Shown here piece after piece: positions 38,932 to 48,146 of a stretch of 64,000 nt of DNA. A program made the translations under genes and the position numbers. The notes under the pieces are model-generated. The model was not told the origin of the DNA. It saw only the letters and a program-made list of their open reading frames with translations, and ran no database searches. The first letter of the stretch is position 1. Each line of letters opens with the position of its first letter. Source of the stretch: Candidatus Eiseniibacteriota bacterium (lineage in GTDB: Bacteria; Eisenbacteria; RBG-16-71-46); the NCBI GenBank assembly GCA_963725865.1, contig CAVSAC010000014.1:416001-480000 (forward strand), written 5' to 3'.

Positions 38932-40698
38932 ATGCATCCCGACGCGCGATCCCGCCCGGCGCTGCCCCGCTTCGACCGCCGTTTCTTCGAGGGCGTCGAG
39001 ACCTTCACCGTCCTCGGCTCCGGCGCGATCGGCGGCAAGGCGGCGGGGCTGCGCCGCGCGCGCGAGGTGCTCGACGCGCGGCCCGAGCACCTGAGATTCC
39101 CGCACCTGGAGATCTCGGTGCCGACGCTCACGGTGATCGGCACCGACGCGTTCGACGCGTTCCTCGAGCGCAACCGGCTGCGCGAGGTGGTGGCCGCGGA
39201 GCCCGCCGACCATCACGTCGCGCGAGCATTCCAGCAGGCGGACATGCCGTCGGAGATCGTCGGGGATCTCTGGGATCTGGTGCGTCGCGTGCAGACTCCG
39301 CTCGCGGTGCGTTCGTCGAGCCTCCTCGAGGACGCGATCGCCCACCCGTTCGCGGGCGTGTACGCGACCAAGATGACGCCCAATGAAGCGCTCGATCCGC
39401 AGGTGAGGTTCCGCCGGCTGGTGGAGGCGATCCGGCTGGTCTGGGCGTCGACCTGCTTCCGCGGGGCGCGGGCGGCCGCGCGCGCCGCGGGACAGGATCC
39501 GGAGGCCGAGAAGATGGCGGTGATCGTGCAGGAGGTGGTCGGCCGCCGGCACGGGCCGCGTTTCTATCCCGACGTCGCCGGGGTGGCGCGCTCGTACAAC
39601 TTCTACCCGATGGGAGCCGCGCGTCCGGACGAGGGCGTGGTGAGCCTCGCGCTGGGGCTCGGGCGCACGATCGTCGAGGGGGGCACGGCCTGGAACTACT
39701 CGCCCGCCCACCCGCATGTGGGACCTCCGTTCAACTCTCCGCACCACATGCTCCAGGAGACCCAGACGACCTTCTGGGCGGTCCACATGGGTCCGCCGCC
39801 CGAGCACGATCCCACGACCGAGGCGGAGTTCCTCGTGCACGCCGGTCTCGCCGACGCCGAGCTCGACGGCACGCTTGCACCGCTCGTCTCGACCTGGGAC
39901 GTGGATCGCGACCGCTTCGTGATGGGCGCCGCCGATCGCGGCCCGCGGGTGCTCGACTTCGCGCCGCTGCTGCGACTCGGGGAGCTGCCGTTCAACGACG
40001 CGGTGCGGGGTCTGCTCGAGCGGTTCGCGGAGGAGCTCGGGAGCGCGGTCGAGATCGAGTTCGCGCTCACGTTCCCCGACGCCTCCGGCCGACCGGCCCG
40101 CCTGGGGTTCCTGCAGGTCCGCCCGCTGGCCGTGGCGGCCGAGCTGGTCGACCTGGGCGCGGAGGCGCTCGCCGATCCCCTGGCGGTCGCGGCCTCGGAC
40201 CGGGTGCTCGGCAACGGCACCCAGGGCGGCTTTCGCGACATCGTGTTCGTCCGCCGCGACCGCTTCGAGGCCCGTCACACGCCGGCGATCGCCGGGGAGG
40301 TCGAGGCGCTCGACCGCGAGCTGGTCGCCGCCGGACGGTCCTACGTGCTGATCGGCTTCGGGCGCTGGGGCAGCTCGGATCCGTGGCTGGGTGTCCCGGT
40401 CACGTGGAGCCAGATCGCCGGCGCGCGTGTCATCATCGAGGCCGCCTGCGAAGGGCTGAACTCCGAGATGAGCCAGGGGGCGCATTTCTTCCATAATCTG
40501 CTCGGGTTCCGGGTCGCCTACTTCTCGGTGCCGGCGCACGGCGAGGCGCACCTGGATTGGGAATGGCTCGAGGCCCTGCCGCGCCGACACGAAGGAGCGT
40601 GGGTCGTCCACGCCGAGTCGCCGGTGACCCTGACGGTGCGGGTCGATGGGCGTCAGGGGCGCGGCGTGCTGCTGCGGGACGAAGGAGGACCGGCATGA
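38932..40698 (+). CDS. PEP-synthase/PPDK N-terminal (ATP-grasp) protein without the pyruvate-binding barrel
   Basis: IGGKAAGL, AVRSSSLLED, FAGVY, MAVIVQ, GLG, EIEFA, LQVRP; C-terminal GRWGS and SQGAHFF. Confidence 0.88.
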   Translation: MHPDARSRPALPRFDRRFFEGVETFTVLGSGAIGGKAAGLRRAREVLDARPEHLRFPHLEISVPTLTVIGTDAFDAFLERNRLREVVAAEPADHHVARAFQQADMPSEIVGDLWDLVRRVQTPLAVRSSSLLEDAIAHPFAGVYATKMTPNEALDPQVRFRRLVEAIRLVWASTCFRGARAAARAAGQDPEAEKMAVIVQEVVGRRHGPRFYPDVAGVARSYNFYPMGAARPDEGVVSLALGLGRTIVEGGTAWNYSPAHPHVGPPFNSPHHMLQETQTTFWAVHMGPPPEHDPTTEAEFLVHAGLADAELDGTLAPLVSTWDVDRDRFVMGAADRGPRVLDFAPLLRLGELPFNDAVRGLLERFAEELGSAVEIEFALTFPDASGRPARLGFLQVRPLAVAAELVDLGAEALADPLAVAASDRVLGNGTQGGFRDIVFVRRDRFEARHTPAIAGEVEALDRELVAAGRSYVLIGFGRWGSSDPWLGVPVTWSQIAGARVIIEAACEGLNSEMSQGAHFFHNLLGFRVAYFSVPAHGEAHLDWEWLEALPRRHEGAWVVHAESPVTLTVRVDGRQGRGVLLRDEGGPA

Positions 40699-43600
40699 CG
40701 GACCCGGTGCGCCCGGTCGACCAGGTGCTGAGAGCGTTGCAGGAGCGGGCGAAGGAGCTGAACTGCCTCTACCGCGTCGAAGAGATCCTGCACGACGACA
40801 CGCGCTCGCTCGAGGACGCCCTCGCGGCGGTCGCCGCGGCGCTCCCGGCGGGCTGGCAATACCCCGCGCATTGCCTGCCGCGCATCGTGCTCCACGAGAT
40901 CGACGTGCGCCCGCCCGGATTCGTCGAGACTCCCTGGCTCCTGCGCGCTCCCGTCGAGCTGCAGGGCGAGCCGATCGGCTGGGCCGGCGTGTACTACGAC
41001 CGTCACTTCCCCGACGCCGACGAGGGGCCGTTCCTCAAGGAGGAGCGCCGTCTCATCGACACCATCGCAGCGCGCATCGGGCAGGCCGTTCAGCATCGCG
41101 AGCTGGCCGAGGTCTTCGCCGCCCACCGCGAGGGCGAGCCCGAGGCGCACGAGGACTGGCGCATCGTCGTGGACCTGCTCCATCGCACGGACCAGCGCCT
41201 CTACTACCGCATCGCGCGCAAGATGCTCAATCGGCTCTCGCGCAGCGGCGTCGAGGCCGCACGCGAGCTGCTGGCGCAGCTGACGGGAGCGGCGGAGCGC
41301 GAGATCGCGCTGACGGACGACAATCGCCCGGTGCCCCGCATGGCCCCCGCGGACCTGGACCGGATCGCGATCACGACGTTTCGCATCGCGAGCGAGCACC
41401 TGAGCCGTGGCGAGCTGCTGTCCTCCCTCCAGGTCTGGATCAAGGAGGATCGCGTCCGCTTCCTGCTGCTCGCGCTGGAGAGCGCCGACACCTCGCTCTC
41501 CGAGATCGCCAACGCGCTCGAGCGGTTCGAGCACACCGGGCTCGACGCGCACGAGCTCTCGACCGCGATGCACATGGGCATCAAGGCGTCCCTCGTCCGC
41601 CGGCTGCTGAGCGACCACCTCGACTTCATCAACTCCTGCCGGCGCTGGGTCGAGATCGAGGACTTTTACGACCTGGTCGCCCACACCATCCAGCTGCCCA
41701 AGAGCCACGGGCGGCTCGGCGGCAAGACCAGCGGGTTGTTCCTGGCGTCTCGGATCCTCGCGCGCTCGGCGGAAGGCGATGGTCCGCTCCATGGCATCCG
41801 GGTGCCGAAGACCTGGTACCTGCCTTCGGACGGCATCCTGGGGTTCATCGCGCACAACAACCTGGACGACGTCTACAACTGGAAGTACCAGGACCTCGAC
41901 CAGGTGCGGCAGGAGTACCCGAACCTGGTCCAGCTGTTCAAGAACTCGCGCTTCCCGGCGGAGTTCGTGCAGGGGCTGGCGACCGCGCTGGACGACTTCG
42001 GCGAGCGCCCGCTGATCGTGCGCTCGTCGAGCCTGCTGGAGGATCGTGCGGGCTCGGCGTTCTCGGGCAAGTACAAGAGCCTGTTCCTCGCGAACCAGGG
42101 GACCAAGTCCGAGCGGCTCGCCGCGCTGCTCGATGCGATCGCCGAGGTGTACTCGTCGGTGTTCGGCCCCGACCCCATCCAGTACCGCGCCGAACGCGGG
42201 CTGCTCGACCACCACGAGGAGATGGGGATCATGATCCAGGAGGTGGTCGGCAAGCGCATGGGGCGCTGGTTCCTGCCGGCCTGGGCCGGCGTGGCGTTCT
42301 CGAACAACGAGCTGCGCTGGTCGCCGCGCATCCGGCGCAAGGACGGACTGCTGCGGCTGGTCCCGGGACTCGGCACGCGCGCGGTGGACCGCCTCGCCGA
42401 CGACTACCCGGTGATCGCGGCGCCCGGTCAACCCGGCCTGCGCGTCAACGTCAGCCCGGAGGACGTCGCACGCTACTCGCCGCGTCGCATCGACGTGATC
42501 GATCTCGAGCTCAATGCCTTCCAGACGGTGGATCGCCACGCGCTCCTGCAGGAGATCGGATCGGAATATCCCGATCTGCTCCGACTCGTGTCGGTAGTCG
42601 ACCACGACATGATCCGCAGCCCCGCGGGGCTCGACCTCGACTTCCGGAGCGACCAGCTCGTGTTCACGTTCGACGGCCTGCTCGGTGACGCCGCATTCAT
42701 CGAGCGCATGCGGGCGCTGCTCGGGGTGCTGGAGGAGGCGCTCGGCAGTCCGGTCGATCTGGAGTTCGCCAGCGACGGGAGCAACCTGTACCTGCTCCAA
42801 TGTCGTCCGCAGAGCCACTCCCCCGATTCCGCCCCGGCACCGATCCCCCGCGACATCCCGCGCGAGCGACTGCTGTTCTCGGCCAACCGCTCAATCTCGA
42901 ACGGCGCGGTCCCCGAGATCACGCATGTCGTGTACGTGGACCCCGAGGCGTACGGGGCGATCGGCGACCTCAACAGCATTCGCGCGGTGGGACACGCCGT
43001 CGGGAGGCTCAACAAGATTCTCCCCAAGCGGCAATTCGTGCTGATGGGTCCCGGGCGCTGGGGCAGCCGCGGCGACATCCGGCTCGGGGTCAGCGTCACG
43101 TACTCCGATATCAACAACACCGCCGCGCTGATCGAGATCGCCCGGCGCCGCGGGCAATACGTGCCGGACCTCTCGTTCGGGACGCACTTCTTCCAGGACC
43201 TGGTCGAGTCCGGCATCCGCTATCTGCCGCTCTACCCCGACGACGAAGGCGTGGTCTTCCACGAGGCGTTCTTCCGCGGCTCCGACAACATGCTCCCGCG
43301 ACTGCTCCCGGAATTCGCGGAGCTGGCGGACGTCGTGCGGGTGATCGACGTGCCGGCGGCGTCCGACGGCCTGGTGCTCCGGATCCTGCTCAACGCCGAC
43401 CTCGACGAGGCCGTGGGGGTGCTGAGCGAGCCGGGTCCGACCGACACGACGGCCCGCCCGCTGCCTCCGCCGGCGGCGCGGCCGAGCGATGACCATTCCC
43501 GCTGGCGCCTCGCCATGGCCCAGCGGATCGCCGCCGAGCTCGACCCGGCGCGCTTCGGCGTGCGCGCGCTCTACGTGTTCGGGAGCACCAAGAACTTCAC

Positions 43601-43865
43601 CGCGGGCCCCGGGAGCGACCTCGACCTGCTGGTGCACTTCGTGGGCTCGCCGGAGCAGAGTGACGAGCTCCAGCTCTGGCTCGAAGGCTGGAGCCTGTGC
43701 CTGGCCGAAATGAACTTCCTGCGCACCGGCTATCGCTCCGCGGGCCTGCTCGACGTGCACTTCGTCACCGACCTGGACCTCGAGCGCCAGACCAGCTATG
43801 CGGTCAAGATCGGCGCGGTCACCGACGCCGCGCGGTCGCTGCCGCTGGGCGGGCGCGGGCTCTGA
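40695..43865 (+). CDS. GAF-like sensor + PEP-synthase ATP-grasp + C-terminal nucleotidyltransferase fusion
   Basis: N-terminal ERAKELNCLY...WQYP...GPFLKEE; LGGK, VRSSSLLED, FSGKY, LQCRP, SFGTHFF; C-terminal YVFGS...SDLDLLV...LDVH (Pol-beta-superfamily NTase motif). ATGA overlap with the upstream gene. Confidence 0.85.
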   Translation: MTDPVRPVDQVLRALQERAKELNCLYRVEEILHDDTRSLEDALAAVAAALPAGWQYPAHCLPRIVLHEIDVRPPGFVETPWLLRAPVELQGEPIGWAGVYYDRHFPDADEGPFLKEERRLIDTIAARIGQAVQHRELAEVFAAHREGEPEAHEDWRIVVDLLHRTDQRLYYRIARKMLNRLSRSGVEAARELLAQLTGAAEREIALTDDNRPVPRMAPADLDRIAITTFRIASEHLSRGELLSSLQVWIKEDRVRFLLLALESADTSLSEIANALERFEHTGLDAHELSTAMHMGIKASLVRRLLSDHLDFINSCRRWVEIEDFYDLVAHTIQLPKSHGRLGGKTSGLFLASRILARSAEGDGPLHGIRVPKTWYLPSDGILGFIAHNNLDDVYNWKYQDLDQVRQEYPNLVQLFKNSRFPAEFVQGLATALDDFGERPLIVRSSSLLEDRAGSAFSGKYKSLFLANQGTKSERLAALLDAIAEVYSSVFGPDPIQYRAERGLLDHHEEMGIMIQEVVGKRMGRWFLPAWAGVAFSNNELRWSPRIRRKDGLLRLVPGLGTRAVDRLADDYPVIAAPGQPGLRVNVSPEDVARYSPRRIDVIDLELNAFQTVDRHALLQEIGSEYPDLLRLVSVVDHDMIRSPAGLDLDFRSDQLVFTFDGLLGDAAFIERMRALLGVLEEALGSPVDLEFASDGSNLYLLQCRPQSHSPDSAPAPIPRDIPRERLLFSANRSISNGAVPEITHVVYVDPEAYGAIGDLNSIRAVGHAVGRLNKILPKRQFVLMGPGRWGSRGDIRLGVSVTYSDINNTAALIEIARRRGQYVPDLSFGTHFFQDLVESGIRYLPLYPDDEGVVFHEAFFRGSDNMLPRLLPEFAELADVVRVIDVPAASDGLVLRILLNADLDEAVGVLSEPGPTDTTARPLPPPAARPSDDHSRWRLAMAQRIAAELDPARFGVRALYVFGSTKNFTAGPGSDLDLLVHFVGSPEQSDELQLWLEGWSLCLAEMNFLRTGYRSAGLLDVHFVTDLDLERQTSYAVKIGAVTDAARSLPLGGRGL

Positions 43866-43866
43866 C

Positions 43867-44730
43867 TCAGCGGATGGGCAGCAGCTCGCGGGTCGCCGAC
43901 TCGGGATGCGCGGGATCGAAGCGGACCAGCGCCAGCTCCGGCCCGTCGTGGGCCGCCGAAAGGCAGTGGGTGCGTCCGATCCGGTCACGCCAGCTCCCGG
44001 TGAGGCGGGCGGATTCGTGCACGTGTCCGTGGAGCGTCACGCAGGGCTGACGCTCCTCGATGAAGCGCCGGATGGCGATGCTCCCGACGTGAACGTCGAT
44101 CGGCACGTGCTCCACGATCCGCCCGTCGAGTGCGGCGCGGTCCAGCGCGGTCCGATAGGGCGGGGCGTGGAACAGGCAGACCGCGCGCGACAGGTCCTCC
44201 GTGCCGGTCATCGCCGCGAGGTCCTTCGCGATCGTGCCATGACGGCTCTCCTGCTCGTCGAAGGGCACCGAGTGAGTGCCCTCCTCCGGGGGCGTGCAGC
44301 CCGGGTCCACGAAACGCGACACGTCGTAGCGCTCCCAGTCCTTGAGGGGGTACGGCGTGGGCGGCACGCACGCGTAGCCGAACACCGTGAAGCGACCGAA
44401 TCCCGTGCGGCGGCCGTGGAGGTACTCCCAGCCGGGCCCCGCGGCCGCCGAACGGACCGTGCGCTCCTCGGCCCGCAGATCGTCGTTGCCCAGGATCAGG
44501 AACACGCGCGGCGTGAGCGCCCCGAGGCGCTCGCGCAGGTCCGTGAAGCCGGCCGCGACCACATCGCGCAGAAATCGCCCGGGTGCCGCTTCCAGCCCGG
44601 ACCACGGCGACGGCATGAGGTCGCCGCCGAGGAACACGGCGGTCGGGGCCTCCTGGCGCAGAACCTCGAAGAGGTGTCGCCAGCGGCCCGCGTCGCCGTG
44701 AAGGTCCGAGACGAAATGACAGAGCGGCAT
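43867..44730 (-). CDS. Metallophosphoesterase (calcineurin-like)
   Basis: SDLHG, GGDL, GNDD, HAPP, LHGHVHE. Confidence 0.9.
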   Translation of the reverse strand: MPLCHFVSDLHGDAGRWRHLFEVLRQEAPTAVFLGGDLMPSPWSGLEAAPGRFLRDVVAAGFTDLRERLGALTPRVFLILGNDDLRAEERTVRSAAAGPGWEYLHGRRTGFGRFTVFGYACVPPTPYPLKDWERYDVSRFVDPGCTPPEEGTHSVPFDEQESRHGTIAKDLAAMTGTEDLSRAVCLFHAPPYRTALDRAALDGRIVEHVPIDVHVGSIAIRRFIEERQPCVTLHGHVHESARLTGSWRDRIGRTHCLSAAHDGPELALVRFDPAHPESATRELLPIR

Positions 44731-44828
44731 CGGGAGCTCCTCGCCGGCAGGATAACCCGGTCGCGCCTCCGGTGCCCGCCGGCGGCGGCGCTGGCAGTGC
44801 GTCGCGGCATGACCTATCCTGCCGCCCC

Positions 44829-46379
44829 ATGTTGACTCGACAGATGCGTCTCGCGCTGTGGGCTCTGTCGCTGGCAGAGGCGCTGGTGTTCGTCGGGCTC
44901 GCGCTCCTGCGGCTCCGCTACCCGCTCGAGCTGGACTACATCGAGGGCGTGATGATGGACCACGTGGTCCGCCTCACGCACGGGCAGCCGATCTACGTCG
45001 CCCCCACGCTCGAGTTCGTCACCCTCGCCTACATGCCGGGCTTCGCGACCGTGGCGTCCTTGCTCGCGCGCGTGGCCGGTCCCGCGCTGTGGGTGCCCCG
45101 CCTGGTGTCGTTCCTTTCGATGTCGGGCGTCGCGGTGCTGGTGGCGTGCCTGGTCCGCGCCGAGACGCGTTCGTGGACGCTCGGCGTGGCCGGCGCCGGC
45201 GTGCTGCTGATGTCGTACGGCATCACCGGCGGTCACTACGATGTCGGCCGGCCCGACTCGATGATGCTGCTGCTCTCGCTGTCGGGGCTCGCGGTGCTGC
45301 GCCACGTGCCCGGCGCCCGCGGGGCGCTGGGGGCGGCGGCGCTGCTCACGGCGGGCTTCTTCACCAAGCAGCACGCGGTGTGGTTCTCGATCGCCGCGCT
45401 GGCGCACCTGGCGGTGAACGACCGGCGCCGGCTGCCGGTGTTCGGGATCGCGATCGTCGTGGGCTGCGCCGGCGGCTACCTGCTGCTGAGCCGCTGGCTG
45501 GGGCCGTGGTTCTCCTACTTCACGTGGGAGGTGCCGTCCCACTGGTCGACCATCGACAAGGTGCGCATCCTCAAGTACGCGGCCGGTGGCGTGCTGGGCT
45601 CGCTGTCGCTCATGAGCATCCCGGCGCTGCTCTCGCTCGGCCTGCCGGAACGCCCGTGGCGCGGCCCCGCCGGACTGTGGGCCTGGGCCGGATTGGGCGG
45701 CCTCGCGTCGGGGTTCATGGCCACGCTCGATCCCGACGCGTTCCGCCACGTGCTCAATCCCACCGTGGTGTCGTTCTCGGTGCTCGGCCCGCTCTCGCTG
45801 TGGCGCCTGGGGCGCGCCATCGATCCGCCGACCGCCGGCCGCGCCGGCGGCGCGCTCGCGATCGTCTACCTGGTGATCGCGCTGCAGTCGATTCCGCTCC
45901 AATACACGGCGCGCGCGCACCTGCCGCATCGTCACGCGCAGCAGGCGCTGACCGAGCTGACCGCGCGTCTGCGCTCGACGCCGGGCCGCATCGTGATGTT
46001 CTACCACGGCTGGTACGCGTGGCGGGCGGGCAAGGGCACGTTCGCCCAGCAGATCCCGCTCGACGACATCATCCGCGCGCGGAACAACGCGCTCCTGCGG
46101 CGCGACCCCGGATTCGTCGACCGCCTGTTCGCGCCGCTGATGTATGGACCCGACCGCCCGGTGATCGTCACCGACGTCGCGCTGGAGAAGACCGGGATCG
46201 AGTCGCAGCCATGGTGGAAGCAGGTCGCGCGCCGCTACCGGCTCGCGGATTCGCTCGGGGCCATCTCCGAGGCGCTCAATCCCGTGGACGGCAACCACTG
46301 GACGCCGCGCTTCGTGTACGTCCCCATCGACTCGGCCGCCGCGCCGACGGCCGCACCGCCCGACTCCGTCGGGCACTGA
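44829..46379 (+). CDS. Polytopic membrane protein, GT-C (ArnT/PMT-like) glycosyltransferase
   Basis: YPLELDYIEG, YMPG, RPDS, FFTKQ, many TM segments. Confidence 0.7.
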   Translation: MLTRQMRLALWALSLAEALVFVGLALLRLRYPLELDYIEGVMMDHVVRLTHGQPIYVAPTLEFVTLAYMPGFATVASLLARVAGPALWVPRLVSFLSMSGVAVLVACLVRAETRSWTLGVAGAGVLLMSYGITGGHYDVGRPDSMMLLLSLSGLAVLRHVPGARGALGAAALLTAGFFTKQHAVWFSIAALAHLAVNDRRRLPVFGIAIVVGCAGGYLLLSRWLGPWFSYFTWEVPSHWSTIDKVRILKYAAGGVLGSLSLMSIPALLSLGLPERPWRGPAGLWAWAGLGGLASGFMATLDPDAFRHVLNPTVVSFSVLGPLSLWRLGRAIDPPTAGRAGGALAIVYLVIALQSIPLQYTARAHLPHRHAQQALTELTARLRSTPGRIVMFYHGWYAWRAGKGTFAQQIPLDDIIRARNNALLRRDPGFVDRLFAPLMYGPDRPVIVTDVALEKTGIESQPWWKQVARRYRLADSLGAISEALNPVDGNHWTPRFVYVPIDSAAAPTAAPPDSVGH

Positions 46380-46506
46380 GTCCGGCGCGGCACATCCGCG
46401 CCCCCGCTCTCACGCCGCGCGACGCTCGCCGGGTTGCCGCAACCCGGAGCGCGTGCTATCCATCCGGCGCTCGGAAGGCCGACCTACCCCGACGCGCGAG
46501 GGACGC

Positions 46507-47124
46507 ATGTTCTCGATCTTCCCGAAGACGGAGGACTTCTTCACACTGTTCCGCAAGCAGGCCTCCCTGGTGCGGCAGGGCTGCGACCAGCTCCACGAGC
46601 TGGTGCAGCACTACGACGAGCGCATCGAGCGGACGCGGCTGCTCAAGGACATCGAGCACCAGGGCGATCTCGTGACCCACGAGATCTTCGAGCGCCTGAA
46701 CCGCACCTTCATCACACCGCTCGAGCGCGAGGACATCCACGACCTGGCGAGCGGACTCGACGACGTGCTCGACGCGGTCGAGGCGATCGGCAGCCGCTTC
46801 GTGCTCTTCAGGATCGAGCGGGTCACCCCCGAGGCGGCGCAGCTCACCTCGATCGTGCAGCGCTGCGGCGTCCAGATCGAGCAGGCGGTGACCAATCTCG
46901 AGGAGCTCAAGAACCTCATGGGGTTCACCATCGAGGTCAACCGGCTCGAGAACGAGGCCGACAACATCTCGCGCAACGTGGTCGCCGACCTGTTCCTGCC
47001 GGGCAAGCACGACCTGCTCGATGTCATGCGCTGGAAGGAGCTGTACGGCCGCCTGGAGGGCGCGGCGGACCGCTGCGAGGACGTCGCGAACTCGATCGAG
47101 GCGATCGTGCTCAAGAACCGCTGA
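46507..47124 (+). CDS. DUF47 / PhoU-like phosphate transport regulator
   Basis: EHQGD, LNRTFITPLEREDI, LDDVLD, LENEAD, DRCEDVAN. Confidence 0.92.
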   Translation: MFSIFPKTEDFFTLFRKQASLVRQGCDQLHELVQHYDERIERTRLLKDIEHQGDLVTHEIFERLNRTFITPLEREDIHDLASGLDDVLDAVEAIGSRFVLFRIERVTPEAAQLTSIVQRCGVQIEQAVTNLEELKNLMGFTIEVNRLENEADNISRNVVADLFLPGKHDLLDVMRWKELYGRLEGAADRCEDVANSIEAIVLKNR

Positions 47125-47126
47125 TC

Positions 47127-48134
47127 ATGTCCGAGCTCTGGCTGATCGGCCTGATCATCGCGATCGCGCTGTTCTTCGACTTCAGCAACGGCTTCCACGA
47201 CGCCGCCAATTCGATCGCCACCGTGGTGAGCACCCGGGTGCTGTCGCCGCGCCAGGCGGTGGCGTGGGCCGCCTTCTTCAACTTCGTCGCGTTCGCGTTG
47301 TTCGGGGTGCACGTCGCAAAGACCATCGCCAAGGGCATCGTGGATCCCGCGTGCGTGAACCCGCAGGTGGTGCTGGCCGCGCTGGCGGGCGCGGTGGTGT
47401 GGAACATGATCACCTGGTGGCTGGGGCTGCCGACGTCGTCGTCGCACGCGCTGATCGGCGGCTTCGTAGGCGCGGCGCTGATCTCGACGGGCCCCAGCGC
47501 GGTGCTCCTGCCGGGACTGCTCCGGGTGGCGCTGTTCATCGTGATCTCGCCGGTGCTCGGACTGGTGCTCGGATTCCTCGCGATGCTCGGCGTGCTGTGG
47601 ATCTTCCGTCACGACAACCCGCACCACGTCGACAAGACTTTCCGCGGACTGCAGCTGGTCTCGGCGGCGGCGTTCAGCCTCGGCCACGGTTCCAATGACG
47701 CCCAGAAGACGATGGGCATCATCACGGCGCTGCTCTACTCGACCGGGCGCCTGACCGGTGAGTTCCACGTCCCCCTCTGGGTCGTCCTCGCGGCGCACGG
47801 CGCGATGGGGCTCGGAACGCTTTCAGGCGGATGGCGCATCGTGCGCACCATGGGCATGCGCATCACCAAGCTGCGGCCGGTCGGGGGCTTCTGCGCGGAG
47901 ACGGCGGGAGCGCTCGCGCTGTTCGGCGCCTCCGCGGCGGGCATCCCGGTCTCGACCACCCACACCATCACCGGCGCCATCGTGGGCACCGGCGTGAGCG
48001 CGAACCGCCGCCTGAGCGCGGTCCGCTGGGGGGTGGCGGGCCAGATCGTGTGGGCGTGGGTGCTCACCATGCCGCTCGCCGGGCTGGTCGCGGCCCTCTC
48101 GTGGTGGCTGCTGCACCCGCTGTTCCACGGCTGA
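47127..48134 (+). CDS. pit: Inorganic phosphate transporter (PiT family)
   Basis: NGFHDAANSIAT, PTSSSHALIGG, HGSNDAQK, PVSTTH. Confidence 0.95.
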   Translation: MSELWLIGLIIAIALFFDFSNGFHDAANSIATVVSTRVLSPRQAVAWAAFFNFVAFALFGVHVAKTIAKGIVDPACVNPQVVLAALAGAVVWNMITWWLGLPTSSSHALIGGFVGAALISTGPSAVLLPGLLRVALFIVISPVLGLVLGFLAMLGVLWIFRHDNPHHVDKTFRGLQLVSAAAFSLGHGSNDAQKTMGIITALLYSTGRLTGEFHVPLWVVLAAHGAMGLGTLSGGWRIVRTMGMRITKLRPVGGFCAETAGALALFGASAAGIPVSTTHTITGAIVGTGVSANRRLSAVRWGVAGQIVWAWVLTMPLAGLVAALSWWLLHPLFHG

Positions 48135-48145
48135 TCCACGGCTGA
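48124..48145. repeat. 11-bp perfect tandem duplication spanning the pit stop codon
   Basis: tccacggctga tccacggctga, immediately next to the IS end. Confidence 0.8.
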
Positions 48146-48146
48146 T